A stretch of 64,000 bases of DNA. Origin: Salinispira sp. GTDB lineage: Bacteria > Spirochaetota > Spirochaetia > DSM-27196 > Salinispiraceae. Location: the NCBI GenBank assembly GCA_965226555.1, contig CBDDDG010000010.1, positions 192,001 through 256,000 of the forward strand, read 5' to 3'. Positions 20,308-32,165 of the stretch are shown piece by piece. The notes under the pieces were generated by a model, which worked only from the letters and a program-made list of their open reading frames with translations, ran no database searches and was not told the origin of the DNA. Within the stretch, counting starts at the first letter, position 1. Each line of letters begins with the position of its first letter. The translations under genes were made by a program, and so were the position numbers.

Positions 20308-21390
20308 TTACTGCGATCCGTTCCGCACTGTCCGCATTTCCTCATCGCTCAGCCCCGTAATTCTCTGAACAGCCTTGGTCGACAACCCTTCCAAAAACAT
20401 ACTGCGGGCGTTTTTTCTCCGCTCCTCAATATGCCCCTCAGCACGACCTGTTCGCAGTCCTTTCAGAATGCCCTCAGCCCGGCCCTTTGTGATACCCTGC
20501 TCAAGACCCTCAATCCGGCCCTTCGCAATGCCTTTCTGACATACGTTGGTAATATTATATTCCCATACTGTTTTCTCCTACTGAAACTTTTGCATTGGAA
20601 AATTGTGCAGAGCCTTCCCTCACGAAGGCGTTGGTTATGTTATATGTCCGCATACTGTTTTCTCCTTCAGGATATAGTTCCCTGTCAATTTTCTCAAACT
20701 GTTCATACAGTCCCAAGTCCTTCAGGTAACCTAGCACACTCTCTGCCAGATCAGTAAAGTCTTGTGAAGACAAACCGTTCAGGAGCTGCGCAATCTCTTT
20801 CAGCCCCTCAGCATCCATTTCATTGTCTCGCATTATATACCACAACGCAGTCGATGTATATCGTTTTCCATCGAAACGCCATGCCAACTGCCTCTTGTCC
20901 ATTCGCCTCAGATCGCGCACAATGTACGATACTCTCGCCCTGACATCTACCGTGCCTTCGGTAAGGGATTCGGAAGCAGCATTTCCATGCGAACTATAAA
21001 ATGTGAGTGGGAGGTTCCATTCCTTTTTTCCATGGTAGAGCAGCAGTATATAGATAGCATCATTTTCATTGTACACATTGCTGTTTCTGAGGGCATGCTG
21101 ATAATTATCGATCTGTGCGAGAGCCTGTTTGTGCTGGTAGCTTTTATGTTCAATAATAAAAAGAGCTTTCCGCTCGGGGTCAGACAGGAAGGGGGCGCTG
21201 ACAACGAGATCGCAGTGAAGGTGCAATGTAGCTGGGGATATCAATGCGGATTTTATCCATGTCCAGCTTGGACAGCGTTGTATCCTCTCAGAACAGCCGC
21301 CAGGTCGGGAATCATCCGGGGGGTTCTGTAGTAGGCGATCTTGAAGGTTATGTCGTGGATGTGGTCTGTGCACTGGGATGATTTTGTCAT
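20308..21390 (-). pseudogene. Rpn/YhgA-like nuclease (copy A), multiply frameshifted, with duplicated C-terminal start
   Basis: HIHDITFK, CDLVV, FIIEHKS, LLYHG..W; 3' end closely matches 18207-18350; half palindrome at 20583-20608. Confidence 0.8.
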
Positions 21391-21539
21391 AAACATTCCT
21401 CCTATATCTATAACGGGTAAAAAGGGAAACTATGTTTTTGAAAAGAAGTGAAAGAATGTTGTGTTTTTTTCGGGGAGTCGGGAATGGGGGTGAGCGTATG
21501 GTATTCGCTCAGTATCATCTCAAGCTCTCGGAACAGTGC

Positions 21540-22520
21540 TCAGCGCGAGGTCTTTGTTGAAGTATGAATATATATCCCGGAATATCTGAGCATTCCCGAA
21601 AACATATTTCCAGCGTGGATGGTTCGGTATGCCCAGGAGCATTCGATCAAGGCGGCTGCTCGGGAGTTCGAGGTGTCGCGCAACACGGTGCGGCGGTGGG
21701 TTCGGCGCTTTGAATCCGGCGAGGGGCTTGAAGACAAAAAGCGGGGCACGACCAATCATCCGATGAAGATGAAATTCGGGGATCACACCGGTGTCATCTC
21801 GAGAGTCTTGTCCAGACCAAGAATCGGAATCACAACAAAATCATTGGAACTCAGGTGCAAAAGCAGTTGCAGACGGAAGTTGGCGGGAAGTACAGCCTGC
21901 CGACGATTATCAAGACGCTAAAGCAGATAGGGGCGCAGAAAACAAAGAAGCCGAAGGCGCTACCCAAGAGAGATTTGCGGGACTCGCGGTAACCGACAGG
22001 ATGAAGTTTGGCGAGTGCATTCAGATTGATATCAAGTATCTGACGGACATTCCCGCTATGCGGTTTTCTCAGAAGTGTTTAGACGTTCCGAAGTACCAGA
22101 TAACTGCCCGGGATCGGGCGACAGGGGCTCTGTGGTACGCCTTTGCCAATGAGAAGAGCAGCCGGCGCGTATGGTAACAACCTTGTTCGCCGAGTACCTG
22201 CTGGAGCACCTGCGGAATCATGACGGAGACCTTGCCAAGGACATAACGGTTCAGACCGATAACGGGGCAGAGTTCACCGTTCGACATCTGAGCAAAACCC
22301 GAACATCGGGGTTTGAGCAGGCGCTCATACAGGCGGGTGTCGAGTATCGGCGTATTCCGCCCGGGCATTGCACATGGAACAGTTCTGTAACGAGTCCTCG
22401 CACCGGCTCATTGAGGATGAGTTCTACAGTCAGGTGATGAATCCAAAGCTCAATGAGTTTCTTAAGGAAGCCGAGGAGTATCAGATAGATTTCGATGTGG
22501 GAGGGCGAATTCAACCATAA
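21540..22520 (+). pseudogene. IS481-like DDE transposase remnant in three frames
   Basis: HTH (AAAREFEVSRNTVRRWVRRF), IQIDIKY, VQTDNGAEF; boundaries approximate. Confidence 0.7.
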
Positions 22521-22574
22521 GTGTAGCACATCTATTCCCTCGCCGATTCAAAATTCGTACAAAATTCACTTCCA

Positions 22575-22628
22575 GAAACCTTTGCATTGGAAAATTGTGC
22601 TCTGCAAAATTTCCAGTAGCACAATTTA
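22575..22628. repeat. Palindromic mini-element, long variant
   Basis: gaaacctttgcattggaaaattgtgctctgcaaaatttccagtagcacaattt; overlaps the stop codon of the adjacent ORF. Confidence 0.8.
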
Positions 22629-22865
22629 TATGCGATTTCTCTGGAAATTCTCTATAGACTTCATGAGGGATTGAATGTCTTTGCTCTGCTCCTGTATAAC
22701 TTTTTTCAATTCCTGAATGTCGATTTGCAGGGATGTGACATCGTGCTTCATTACCGGTTCTTCGTCGCACTGGGCAATGACATTTACCAGCGCTTCCGAT
22801 TGTTGGGAAGAAAAGCCGTTTTCAAGCAGTTTTTTTGATGCTTTTAAGGTATCAATCATAATCAT
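22626..22865 (-). CDS. DUF1640/CCDC90-like coiled-coil protein, possibly truncated
   Basis: DTLKASKKLLENGFSSQQSEAL...V.KHD motif. Confidence 0.65.
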   Translation of the reverse strand: MIMIDTLKASKKLLENGFSSQQSEALVNVIAQCDEEPVMKHDVTSLQIDIQELKKVIQEQSKDIQSLMKSIENFQRNRI

Positions 22866-22951
22866 AATTTATGTATACAAAATTCGGGAATGATTATCAA
22901 TAGGAATCGTGTCATTTGTGAACTGCGCTGAAATACGGTATATTTCAGGCA

Positions 22952-24835
22952 ATGAATAGCCCGAAACTCAACCGCCGCATGTACTATGTTATCATCTTTC
23001 TTGGTATTTTTGCCGCCGGCATTATCCTGCATTTCGGAAACATCATGCTCAGCGCCGATCCGCCGCAGCCGGCAACCATAACGGCAGAGGTTGAGCGCGG
23101 CCCCATACTCGACAGAAACGGACGCCTGCTTGCCATACAGTCCGAACTCCCGACCGTTACCGTCTGGAATCCCGATGTGGAGGACAGAGAAAAACTTGCC
23201 GGAACACTTGCCCAAATACTGGACATTCCTGTTGAGGAAATTCTCCCGCGGCTCAGCATCCCCGACAGGGATATCATAATAAAACGTACCATAAGCCCCG
23301 AAGAGGCAGGAATAATTGAACTGCTCAAACAACAGGGGGAACTGCGGGGGGTAACTCTGCGCCGCGGTTTCGGGAGAATTTATCCTGAAAGCACGACCGC
23401 TTCCCACGTAATTGGTTTTACCGGTGTCGATAACATTGGACTTGAAGGCATTGAATTTACAATGGAAAACATTCTGAACCCGCCGCCTGAGCCCGATGCC
23501 GATAGCGGGGGGCGCAGGCGAAATTACGGGAATCAGGTATTTTTGACCATTGATATTGTTCTGCAGCACGCCGTGGAGGATATTGCGGAAAAACTCATGG
23601 AAGAACACAATCCGGATTCGGTCATGGTGCTTATATCGGAGGCAAAAACCGGTGAAATTCTGACCTTTGCGGTTAAGCCCGATTTTGATCCTAACAATTT
23701 TGCCGATTATGACGATAACAGCCGCCGCAACCGGCCTGTTCAAATGACCTATGAGCCCGGCTCGGTCTTTAAGGCCTTCTCCCTTGCGGCGATCATGCAG
23801 CTTGGGGGTATTAGCGACAGTTCGCGTTTTAACACATCGGGCGGCTATACGAATCCGCAGATCGGTATACCCATAAATGAGCTGGGGGGCGCCAATTACG
23901 GAATTATCGGGGCTCGGGGAACTATCAGGTTCAGTTCAAACGTTGGGGCAGCATTCGCATCGGATACGGTGAATGAACGGGATTTCTACCAGATGCTCCG
24001 CCAGTTCGGCTTCGGCCAGATCACCGGCATCACCCTGAACGGAGAGGAGCGGGGGCTCCTTGCCCCCCTGACCCGCTGGTCGCGGCGCAGCAAGCCGACC
24101 ATCGCAATTGGTCAGGAAATTGGGGTAACTGCCATTCAGATAATGCAGGCAGCGAGCGCCCTCACAAACGGGGGAATCATGCTCAAACCACGGATCATCA
24201 AGCGTATTGTCCGGTCTTCCGGTGAACTCATTGAAGAATACGGAGCGGAGGAGGTCCGCAGGGTGCTCCGCACCGATGTTGCCGCTCAGATGCTGGACTA
24301 CATGCGGAGCGCGAGTATTGACGGCGGCACCGGCCGCAGGGTGTTTATTGACGGAACAGATATTTCAGTAAAAACCGGTACAGGGGAAGTATTCGACCCT
24401 GAACTGAGAGCCTACTCCAGAGAACTTTTTATTGCATCCACCCTGGCCATACTCCCGACTGACGATCCTGAAATAATTATATACCTCGTTATTCAACATC
24501 CCCGCGGAGCGAGTAATCTCGGCGGGGTAATTGCCACTCCGGCTGTCAGGGAAATTGCATCCTTTCTCATTCCCTATCTGCAAATTGGCACTCAGGCTGA
24601 TATTTTCGGTCTCCCGAAGACACTTGAAATTGATGAGCCGATGGTACCCGAAATTACATCGGCAGTTCCCGACTTCAGCGGCCTGCCCCTCTCCACCCTC
24701 ATTTCCCTCTACGCCCGCGAAGACATTGCCGTGCAAATTTACGGAAGCGGCTGGGTTCGCAGGCAGACCCCTCCCCCCGGAAGCCCCTACCGCGAAGGTA
24801 TGCTCATAGAACTCTTCCTTGAGAGCGGGCCATGA
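22952..24835 (+). CDS. Class B penicillin-binding protein (FtsI/SpoVD-like) with C-terminal PASTA-like region
   Basis: RGPILDRNG, EPGSVFK (SxxK), SSNVG (SxN), KTGT. Confidence 0.9.
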   Translation: MNSPKLNRRMYYVIIFLGIFAAGIILHFGNIMLSADPPQPATITAEVERGPILDRNGRLLAIQSELPTVTVWNPDVEDREKLAGTLAQILDIPVEEILPRLSIPDRDIIIKRTISPEEAGIIELLKQQGELRGVTLRRGFGRIYPESTTASHVIGFTGVDNIGLEGIEFTMENILNPPPEPDADSGGRRRNYGNQVFLTIDIVLQHAVEDIAEKLMEEHNPDSVMVLISEAKTGEILTFAVKPDFDPNNFADYDDNSRRNRPVQMTYEPGSVFKAFSLAAIMQLGGISDSSRFNTSGGYTNPQIGIPINELGGANYGIIGARGTIRFSSNVGAAFASDTVNERDFYQMLRQFGFGQITGITLNGEERGLLAPLTRWSRRSKPTIAIGQEIGVTAIQIMQAASALTNGGIMLKPRIIKRIVRSSGELIEEYGAEEVRRVLRTDVAAQMLDYMRSASIDGGTGRRVFIDGTDISVKTGTGEVFDPELRAYSRELFIASTLAILPTDDPEIIIYLVIQHPRGASNLGGVIATPAVREIASFLIPYLQIGTQADIFGLPKTLEIDEPMVPEITSAVPDFSGLPLSTLISLYAREDIAVQIYGSGWVRRQTPPPGSPYREGMLIELFLESGP

Positions 24836-26751
24836 ACACCGGAAAGCAGCCGGATGCGCGGGAGCAGCCGGAGACAAGCGAGCAGCCGGAGACAGGCGAG
24901 CAGCCGGAGGCGCGGATATTCAGAACGGAACGTGGTATTCCGGCAGCAGAGATCGGGGGCATGACCATCCACAGCCTCCGCAATCCCCGGAGGGAGGCTG
25001 AAAAGCTCATGAACGGCATGGTCGACCCTGCGGCGCCCGGGCTGCTGGTATTCGGTATGGGACTTGTCTATCATCTGGATGCTCTGAAGCGCCTGTTCCC
25101 GCAGAAGGAATGCGTTTGCTTTGAACCCAATTCCAACTGGCCTGCGCGCCTTGCGGAATGTGGTCTGATGGAGCCTGCGCGGCAGATCATCACCCCCGAG
25201 ACGCCGGACTGGCAGGAGCTGCTCAAAGATTTTTTTCAGAACTCCTATCAGCTTGTTGCGCTTAGCTCCTATCGCCGAGCCTACCCCCAGCTCTTCGATG
25301 AGGTTCAGACACTTCAGAAAGCCTACGGTTCACGGAAGAATATGAACCGTAATACGCTCAAGCGCTTCGGCTCCCGCTGGGTGGAAAATCTTCTCAGCAA
25401 CTTCATCTTCTTGGAGGAACAGCGGAGTATAAATGAAATGCGGGGAATGTTTTCCGGATTTCCCGCGCTACTGCTCGCCGGGGGGCCGACCCTCGAAGCG
25501 GTTCTGCCGCTTCTGCCGGAGCTTCGTGTGCGGATGATTATTCTGGCAGTAGACACGGCGCTGCCGCGCTGCCGTGAAAGCGGGGTTGAGCCGGATTTTC
25601 TCATGGTCGTCGATCCGCAGTACTGGAATACGAAACATTTTGAGCGCATTTTTCAGGAATTACCCCCGCCGCCCAGCCGAAGCATCCTCATATCGGAATC
25701 ATCGGCACATCCGAGAACCTTCCGCCTGAACAACACAGTGCCGTATTTCTGCGGTTCACCCTTTCCCTTGGGCGCCCTCTTTGAACAGGCACTGCCGCCG
25801 CGCGACAGGCTTGGTTCTGGAGGATCGGTGAGCACTACTGCCTGGGATTTTCTGAAATACATCGGCGCATCCACTATCTACATCGCAGGAATGGACATGG
25901 GCTTCCCCGGACAGAGAACACATTTTCACGGTTCTTATTTCGAAGAGATGATAGCCATGTCCGGCACCGCCCTCTGCCCCGCCGAAACTGCTGCGGTCAA
26001 TTATCTGTACTCCGGCAATCCCGAATACCGGAAGGCATTCTCTGGTGAAACCCTCCTGAGCGACAGCCGCATGGATCTCTTCTGTCAATGGTTCGAAAAA
26101 CGCCTGAAGGACGAAAGCCTGAAGGACGAAAGGCTGAATAAGGAAATTGATAAAACAGACAGCGCAAGAACCTTCGCCCTTAGCAGCAAAAGCCGCAGGA
26201 TTCCCGGCATGCTGCAAACCACAGCGGAAAAACTGCTGTCCCTGCCCGATATCCGGATGAAAATCACCTCCCTCATGCGCAAGCTGAAAGACAGCCATCA
26301 AAAAAACGGGCAGCAGGAAATCTTCATCGCAACCTTCCGCGCACTGGAAAATTCCATGCGGGAAATGTCCGAGCACTGCCAAACCGCCCTGAATGTTCTC
26401 ACCGCTTACCGGGAAGATGCTCCCCACCCCGCCGGGCGGGACGAACATCCAGCCGCTGGCAAAGCAGACCATCAACACGTACTCGACCGCCTCAATGAAA
26501 TAGACAAACATCTCCTCTCCGACAAGAACCGGAACCTCGCCGGCTTCCTCATTCAGGACATTATGAACACACTCGCAGCCCTTCCCGCGCCTGAAAACCT
26601 CGATGAAGCTCTGGAGCGCAGCCGGAAACTCTACGCGGAGCTCAAAGAAAGCATGGAAACCCATCTGCGAATATTCAGAAAAATTGATGCACGGATCAAG
26701 AAATCGGGACGCCTGACCGACAATGTAAGCAGGAACAAAACATCCTACTAA
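24832..26751 (+). CDS. Motility-associated factor (MAF_flag10/DUF115) family protein
   Basis: IHSLRNPRREA, AGGPTL, EPDFLMVVDPQ, GGSVST, GMDMGF. Confidence 0.8.
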   Translation: MNTGKQPDAREQPETSEQPETGEQPEARIFRTERGIPAAEIGGMTIHSLRNPRREAEKLMNGMVDPAAPGLLVFGMGLVYHLDALKRLFPQKECVCFEPNSNWPARLAECGLMEPARQIITPETPDWQELLKDFFQNSYQLVALSSYRRAYPQLFDEVQTLQKAYGSRKNMNRNTLKRFGSRWVENLLSNFIFLEEQRSINEMRGMFSGFPALLLAGGPTLEAVLPLLPELRVRMIILAVDTALPRCRESGVEPDFLMVVDPQYWNTKHFERIFQELPPPPSRSILISESSAHPRTFRLNNTVPYFCGSPFPLGALFEQALPPRDRLGSGGSVSTTAWDFLKYIGASTIYIAGMDMGFPGQRTHFHGSYFEEMIAMSGTALCPAETAAVNYLYSGNPEYRKAFSGETLLSDSRMDLFCQWFEKRLKDESLKDERLNKEIDKTDSARTFALSSKSRRIPGMLQTTAEKLLSLPDIRMKITSLMRKLKDSHQKNGQQEIFIATFRALENSMREMSEHCQTALNVLTAYREDAPHPAGRDEHPAAGKADHQHVLDRLNEIDKHLLSDKNRNLAGFLIQDIMNTLAALPAPENLDEALERSRKLYAELKESMETHLRIFRKIDARIKKSGRLTDNVSRNKTSY

Positions 26752-26828
26752 ACGGTATGCGCGAGACATCCAGGCATACCGTTTTTTTTATGCGCGAGCG
26801 GGTTGCTCAGGATCAGCCGGATCCATTA

Positions 26829-26853
26829 GAAACTTTATCAATTCAAAACTTTG
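26829..26853. repeat. Palindromic mini-element, 25 bp, flanked by CATTA direct repeats
   Basis: CATTA at 26824-26828 and 26854-26858. Confidence 0.75.
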
Positions 26854-26871
26854 CATTAGTATTACAACACC

Positions 26872-27888
26872 ATGGCAAACACGGTAAAAGCCTCTGCCCC
26901 AATTCCAATGTTCACAGTATCTGCCGCGGCAGTGTCCATGATCGCGGAAATTTCCGCGCTGCTGGAACGTTTCGCCATGTATGTTGAGGGAGATGATGCC
27001 CTGCGCTTACGTCGGGTGAATAAGATCAAGACAATTCATTCATCATTGGCCATTGAGGGAAATACTCTGAGCGAGAATCAGGTGTCCGACATTCTCGAGG
27101 GCAAGCGGGTGGTGGCGCCAATTCGTCAGATTCAGGAAGTCAAAAATGCCATTGCCGCCTACGATATAGCGGCGGCATTGAATCCTTTTTCGAGCAAGGA
27201 TCTTCTGAAAGCCCATAAAATTCTCATGTCCGCGCTGGTGGACGAGCCCGGGAAATTCAGGCGCATAGGCGTCGGTGTTTTCGCCGGTAAAAAGCTCATT
27301 CATCGGGCTCCCCCCGCTCATCGCGTTCCAATGCTCATCGCCGATCTCTTTCAGTGGCTGAACACAGCCGAGGATCATTTACTCATACGCGCCTGTGTTT
27401 TTCACTATGAGTTTGAATTCATTCATCCTTTTGACGATGGCAATGGACGGATGGGACGGCTCTGGCAATCGCTCATTCTCGGTCGGCTCCATGATGCCTT
27501 CCTGTCTTTGCCCGTTGAAACGATGATTCACCACAATCAGCAAAATTATTACCATGCCATCAATGAAAGTACCTCCATGAAAGACTGCGGAACCTTCATC
27601 GACTTTATGCTGACCGAAATTACACAGACGCTGAGAATTCATCGGCAGAAAGTTGAATCTTCACTTGGCGGTGTAAATGGCGGTGTAAATGGCGGTGTAA
27701 GTGGCGGTGTAAGTGAGGTGCTGGCATATGTGGGAAGTCATCCTGGAGAGAGGGCAAAAACCATTGCAGGCGCATTGGATATACCGTTCCGGTCTGCGCA
27801 GCGTTATTTGGCGCATTTGAAGGATGCCGGAAAAATTGAGTTTCGCGGCGCTCCGCGAAATGGCGGATACTTTCTCAGATCTGCCTGA
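26872..27888 (+). CDS. Fic-family protein with C-terminal HTH
   Basis: HPFDDGNGRMGR catalytic motif; SLAIEGN autoinhibitory motif; 12 bp tandem repeat GGV(N/S) x4. Confidence 0.92.
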   Translation: MANTVKASAPIPMFTVSAAAVSMIAEISALLERFAMYVEGDDALRLRRVNKIKTIHSSLAIEGNTLSENQVSDILEGKRVVAPIRQIQEVKNAIAAYDIAAALNPFSSKDLLKAHKILMSALVDEPGKFRRIGVGVFAGKKLIHRAPPAHRVPMLIADLFQWLNTAEDHLLIRACVFHYEFEFIHPFDDGNGRMGRLWQSLILGRLHDAFLSLPVETMIHHNQQNYYHAINESTSMKDCGTFIDFMLTEITQTLRIHRQKVESSLGGVNGGVNGGVSGGVSEVLAYVGSHPGERAKTIAGALDIPFRSAQRYLAHLKDAGKIEFRGAPRNGGYFLRSA

Positions 27889-27932
27889 CAGATATGTTGT
27901 GCCTACATACGCGGTCGAATCGGAATCAGTTT

Positions 27933-30011
27933 TTACTGGTGCATCCTTCGGTGAGATTGATCCGTTGAAGGAAATCCAAGTTTGTCAAAGAAAGCTCTAT
28001 TTCTCTCCTCAGACATTTTAACAATTTGATCGAACGAGATAACCTGAACATGCGCCTTATAGTTCTTGTTATAAAAGAAGTACCCCATTTGATCTTGGGT
28101 CAATGTAGCATCATACTTGAGGCATCTCTCACGCATCTTTGGAGTGAGATCACACAAAATGTAACAATAACCAGGTATCTGGTCCGATTTAGGTATTGGT
28201 CTTCCAGATACAGTAGTAATTTCACCTTCCCGTATACGATTCAAATACCCCAACGTTTGCTCAATGGGGTCCTTATCTTCTCCAGCCGCAGCATCATTTC
28301 TCATTGGTCTCTTTATTTCAACGACTACAATCGATGCCAAGGGAGCGCTCGCGGTTTCGGATACCAAATGAGGATTATCATAGATGTTTAAAGCGAATAT
28401 ATCGGGCTTTTTAGTACTGTCAGATCCAGTAATAAGATTCGATTTCAGCGTTACATTGGAAGCAAGATAATGATGAAAAGCAAGGCGTTCATCTATAAGC
28501 CATAGATTTGCCTCATCCTGAAAGATATTATTTGTTTCTTTGCCCATTGGCATAATGAGCTCGTGGATAATTTCCTCTTTCGCATACTTCCCCTGCGCAT
28601 CGGCTTCAAGAGCCTTTCGAAACATGTTAATAATTACCCGACGATGTGAGACGTACCCCGCGAGATCCGATTTTTTCACATCAGATACTTTATCAAGGTA
28701 ATCCTGCACTCGCGATCTGTACTGTTCCTGATCTTCATCATCCTTTGGGCCTAAAACATCATGTCCTTCTGAGAGAAGCCTAGTTTCCAGCTGATAGAGA
28801 TGGTTGTGCAAAATGATGTCTAGGTCCTTGTCAGATATAGTGGGATCAATGGATGATATATCTTCCTCTGGTATATGCCCGATGATAGGCCGATATCGTG
28901 GCGCCGTATCTGCGACAAACGAATCAAGCCTCGCCTTGGATTTTGCTTTATTTTCTTCAAGATACTCTTTCAAATAAGATTGAACATCAGCAAGAATCGC
29001 TGACTGAACTTCGCTTATGCGCGGACTATCGGGGTCAAAAAGGTCTCCATTTTCATCACCAAAATCAAAGTCAATTCGCTCCACTCGAACGCGTTCATCA
29101 AGATATTTCGAGTTAATGTAGCAGGTATATACGAAATCGTTTTCACCATCATCAATCCTCCCAAAGAGTCCCGGAACCTTGTTGTTAATGTTTTCTTCCC
29201 GCACTAATCTGCTTGCCGCGCAGTAAGCCAAGTTGTGTGTCGAAGATATTGTATTGAGAAGTTTCACATGTGTTAGCTCAAACTTGTAATTCCTGACCTT
29301 TATGGTCTTCTTTTCTGTAGATGCAATCATATGGGCATCGTAAATAGTATCCAAGTTTATTATCTCGTCATGATCTGTCACTATAATGTGAGGCGCTCCG
29401 CCATCGCGAATAAAGTACCATAGACAGTGTTCGAACAAGGCCTTGGCAATAGCCTCAGTAGTCCTTTTCGAAGACTTGCGGTAATCATCCTTGAAATCCT
29501 TCAAGTGGACAATAGTAGAATTCGGATGGGTGCCATTATGATTTTCTGTCTCTATGGCAGTCACTCCACCTACACTATCAAAAATAAATTTTCTGGTGCT
29601 GCTCCTGCCACCATCAGAATAGGTGCTCTGAATTTCAATTGAGTCAAATGCTTTCAGCCAAAGCAGGCGGCCAACACCTTTGCAGCCTTTTTCAATTTTA
29701 TAATCCGAATCGAGAATCTGGAATGATTCCATGTTGCTGTCTGTGAATCCCACTCCGTTGTCATGAACCTTAAAGCCAATTATATTACCAACAGCTTCAG
29801 GTCCTCGCCGGTTATCATGATCCGCAAGTCGCAGCAATTCCTGATGATCGCGGAGAATTTCAACTTTTATTGAACCCTCTGACACATCATTAGCCAGTTC
29901 TTCTATTGAGTGAATGGAGTTGACGACAGCCTCGAACAATGGGAAAAGACCACGGCTTTGAGGTAACGTGGTGTTCCTCACTCTGCCTTTCAGGTTAGTA
30001 ATCATAGCCAT
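27933..30011 (-). CDS. GHKL ATPase with probable C-terminal PD-(D/E)XK nuclease domain
   Basis: EAVVNSI, DNGVG, GCKGVGR; C-terminal KPDI...VVEIKRP...Q..GY. Confidence 0.75.
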   Translation of the reverse strand: MAMITNLKGRVRNTTLPQSRGLFPLFEAVVNSIHSIEELANDVSEGSIKVEILRDHQELLRLADHDNRRGPEAVGNIIGFKVHDNGVGFTDSNMESFQILDSDYKIEKGCKGVGRLLWLKAFDSIEIQSTYSDGGRSSTRKFIFDSVGGVTAIETENHNGTHPNSTIVHLKDFKDDYRKSSKRTTEAIAKALFEHCLWYFIRDGGAPHIIVTDHDEIINLDTIYDAHMIASTEKKTIKVRNYKFELTHVKLLNTISSTHNLAYCAASRLVREENINNKVPGLFGRIDDGENDFVYTCYINSKYLDERVRVERIDFDFGDENGDLFDPDSPRISEVQSAILADVQSYLKEYLEENKAKSKARLDSFVADTAPRYRPIIGHIPEEDISSIDPTISDKDLDIILHNHLYQLETRLLSEGHDVLGPKDDEDQEQYRSRVQDYLDKVSDVKKSDLAGYVSHRRVIINMFRKALEADAQGKYAKEEIIHELIMPMGKETNNIFQDEANLWLIDERLAFHHYLASNVTLKSNLITGSDSTKKPDIFALNIYDNPHLVSETASAPLASIVVVEIKRPMRNDAAAGEDKDPIEQTLGYLNRIREGEITTVSGRPIPKSDQIPGYCYILCDLTPKMRERCLKYDATLTQDQMGYFFYNKNYKAHVQVISFDQIVKMSEERNRAFFDKLGFPSTDQSHRRMHQ

Positions 30012-30087
30012 AGTTCACTCCTCCACACAGAAAGATTAAGTATACGAATATGTATAAATTCTCTCAAGCATATTTTGGGAATATTTT

Positions 30088-30114
30088 CAAAATTTTGCAT
30101 TTTGTAAAACTTTA
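30088..30114. repeat. Palindromic mini-element, short form, upstream of hsdM
   Basis: Core ttttgcattttgtaaaacttt identical to 38701-38721. Confidence 0.7.
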
Positions 30115-30135
30115 TAATTGTATATACTTTGCGCT

Positions 30136-31718
<1,583 letters not shown>

Positions 31719-31722
<4 letters not shown>

Positions 31723-32165
31723 GCGGAATGAGTGGAATGAGCGGAGTTAATTACAGCAAACTGGAAAAATCGCTTGCGGAGTTGAAAGAGCAATATGAAA
31801 ACTATCGAACATTGGACACACAAAACCTGTCCGATGTGAACCAACGAGCCGTAAAAAATTCAGTTATCAAATGTTTTGAATTTGTCTATGACACATTGTG
31901 GAAAACAGTAAAGAAATACCTACAAGACCATGGAATTATTAATATGCCTCATTCTCCTGTCGGCATTTTCAGAGAGGCGCATAAAAATTTGTTAATTGAA
32001 GATTTGGAAGGGTGGATTGATGAAAAAACCGGCTACAACCAATTCAGAATAGATAGCGCGCACGATTATAGCGAAGAAAAAGCGAAAGGCGTATTGTCTC
32101 AAGTTGGCAACTTCATTGAAGATGCTACAGAAATTTATGAAAAAATGACTGCGGAAAATGAGTAA
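31719..32165 (+). CDS. HEPN protein (nucleotidyltransferase substrate-binding/HI0074-like), putative RNase toxin
   Basis: IKCFEFVYDTLWKTVK; R-x4-H-x-Y motif RIDSAHDY. Confidence 0.85.

Noticed and set aside
22862..26769. Long antisense ORFs (e.g. 22862-23743, 25756-26769; also 14827-15717, 52884-53837, 60295-61173)
   Set aside because: Shadows of well-supported genes on the opposite strand with no recognisable motifs.
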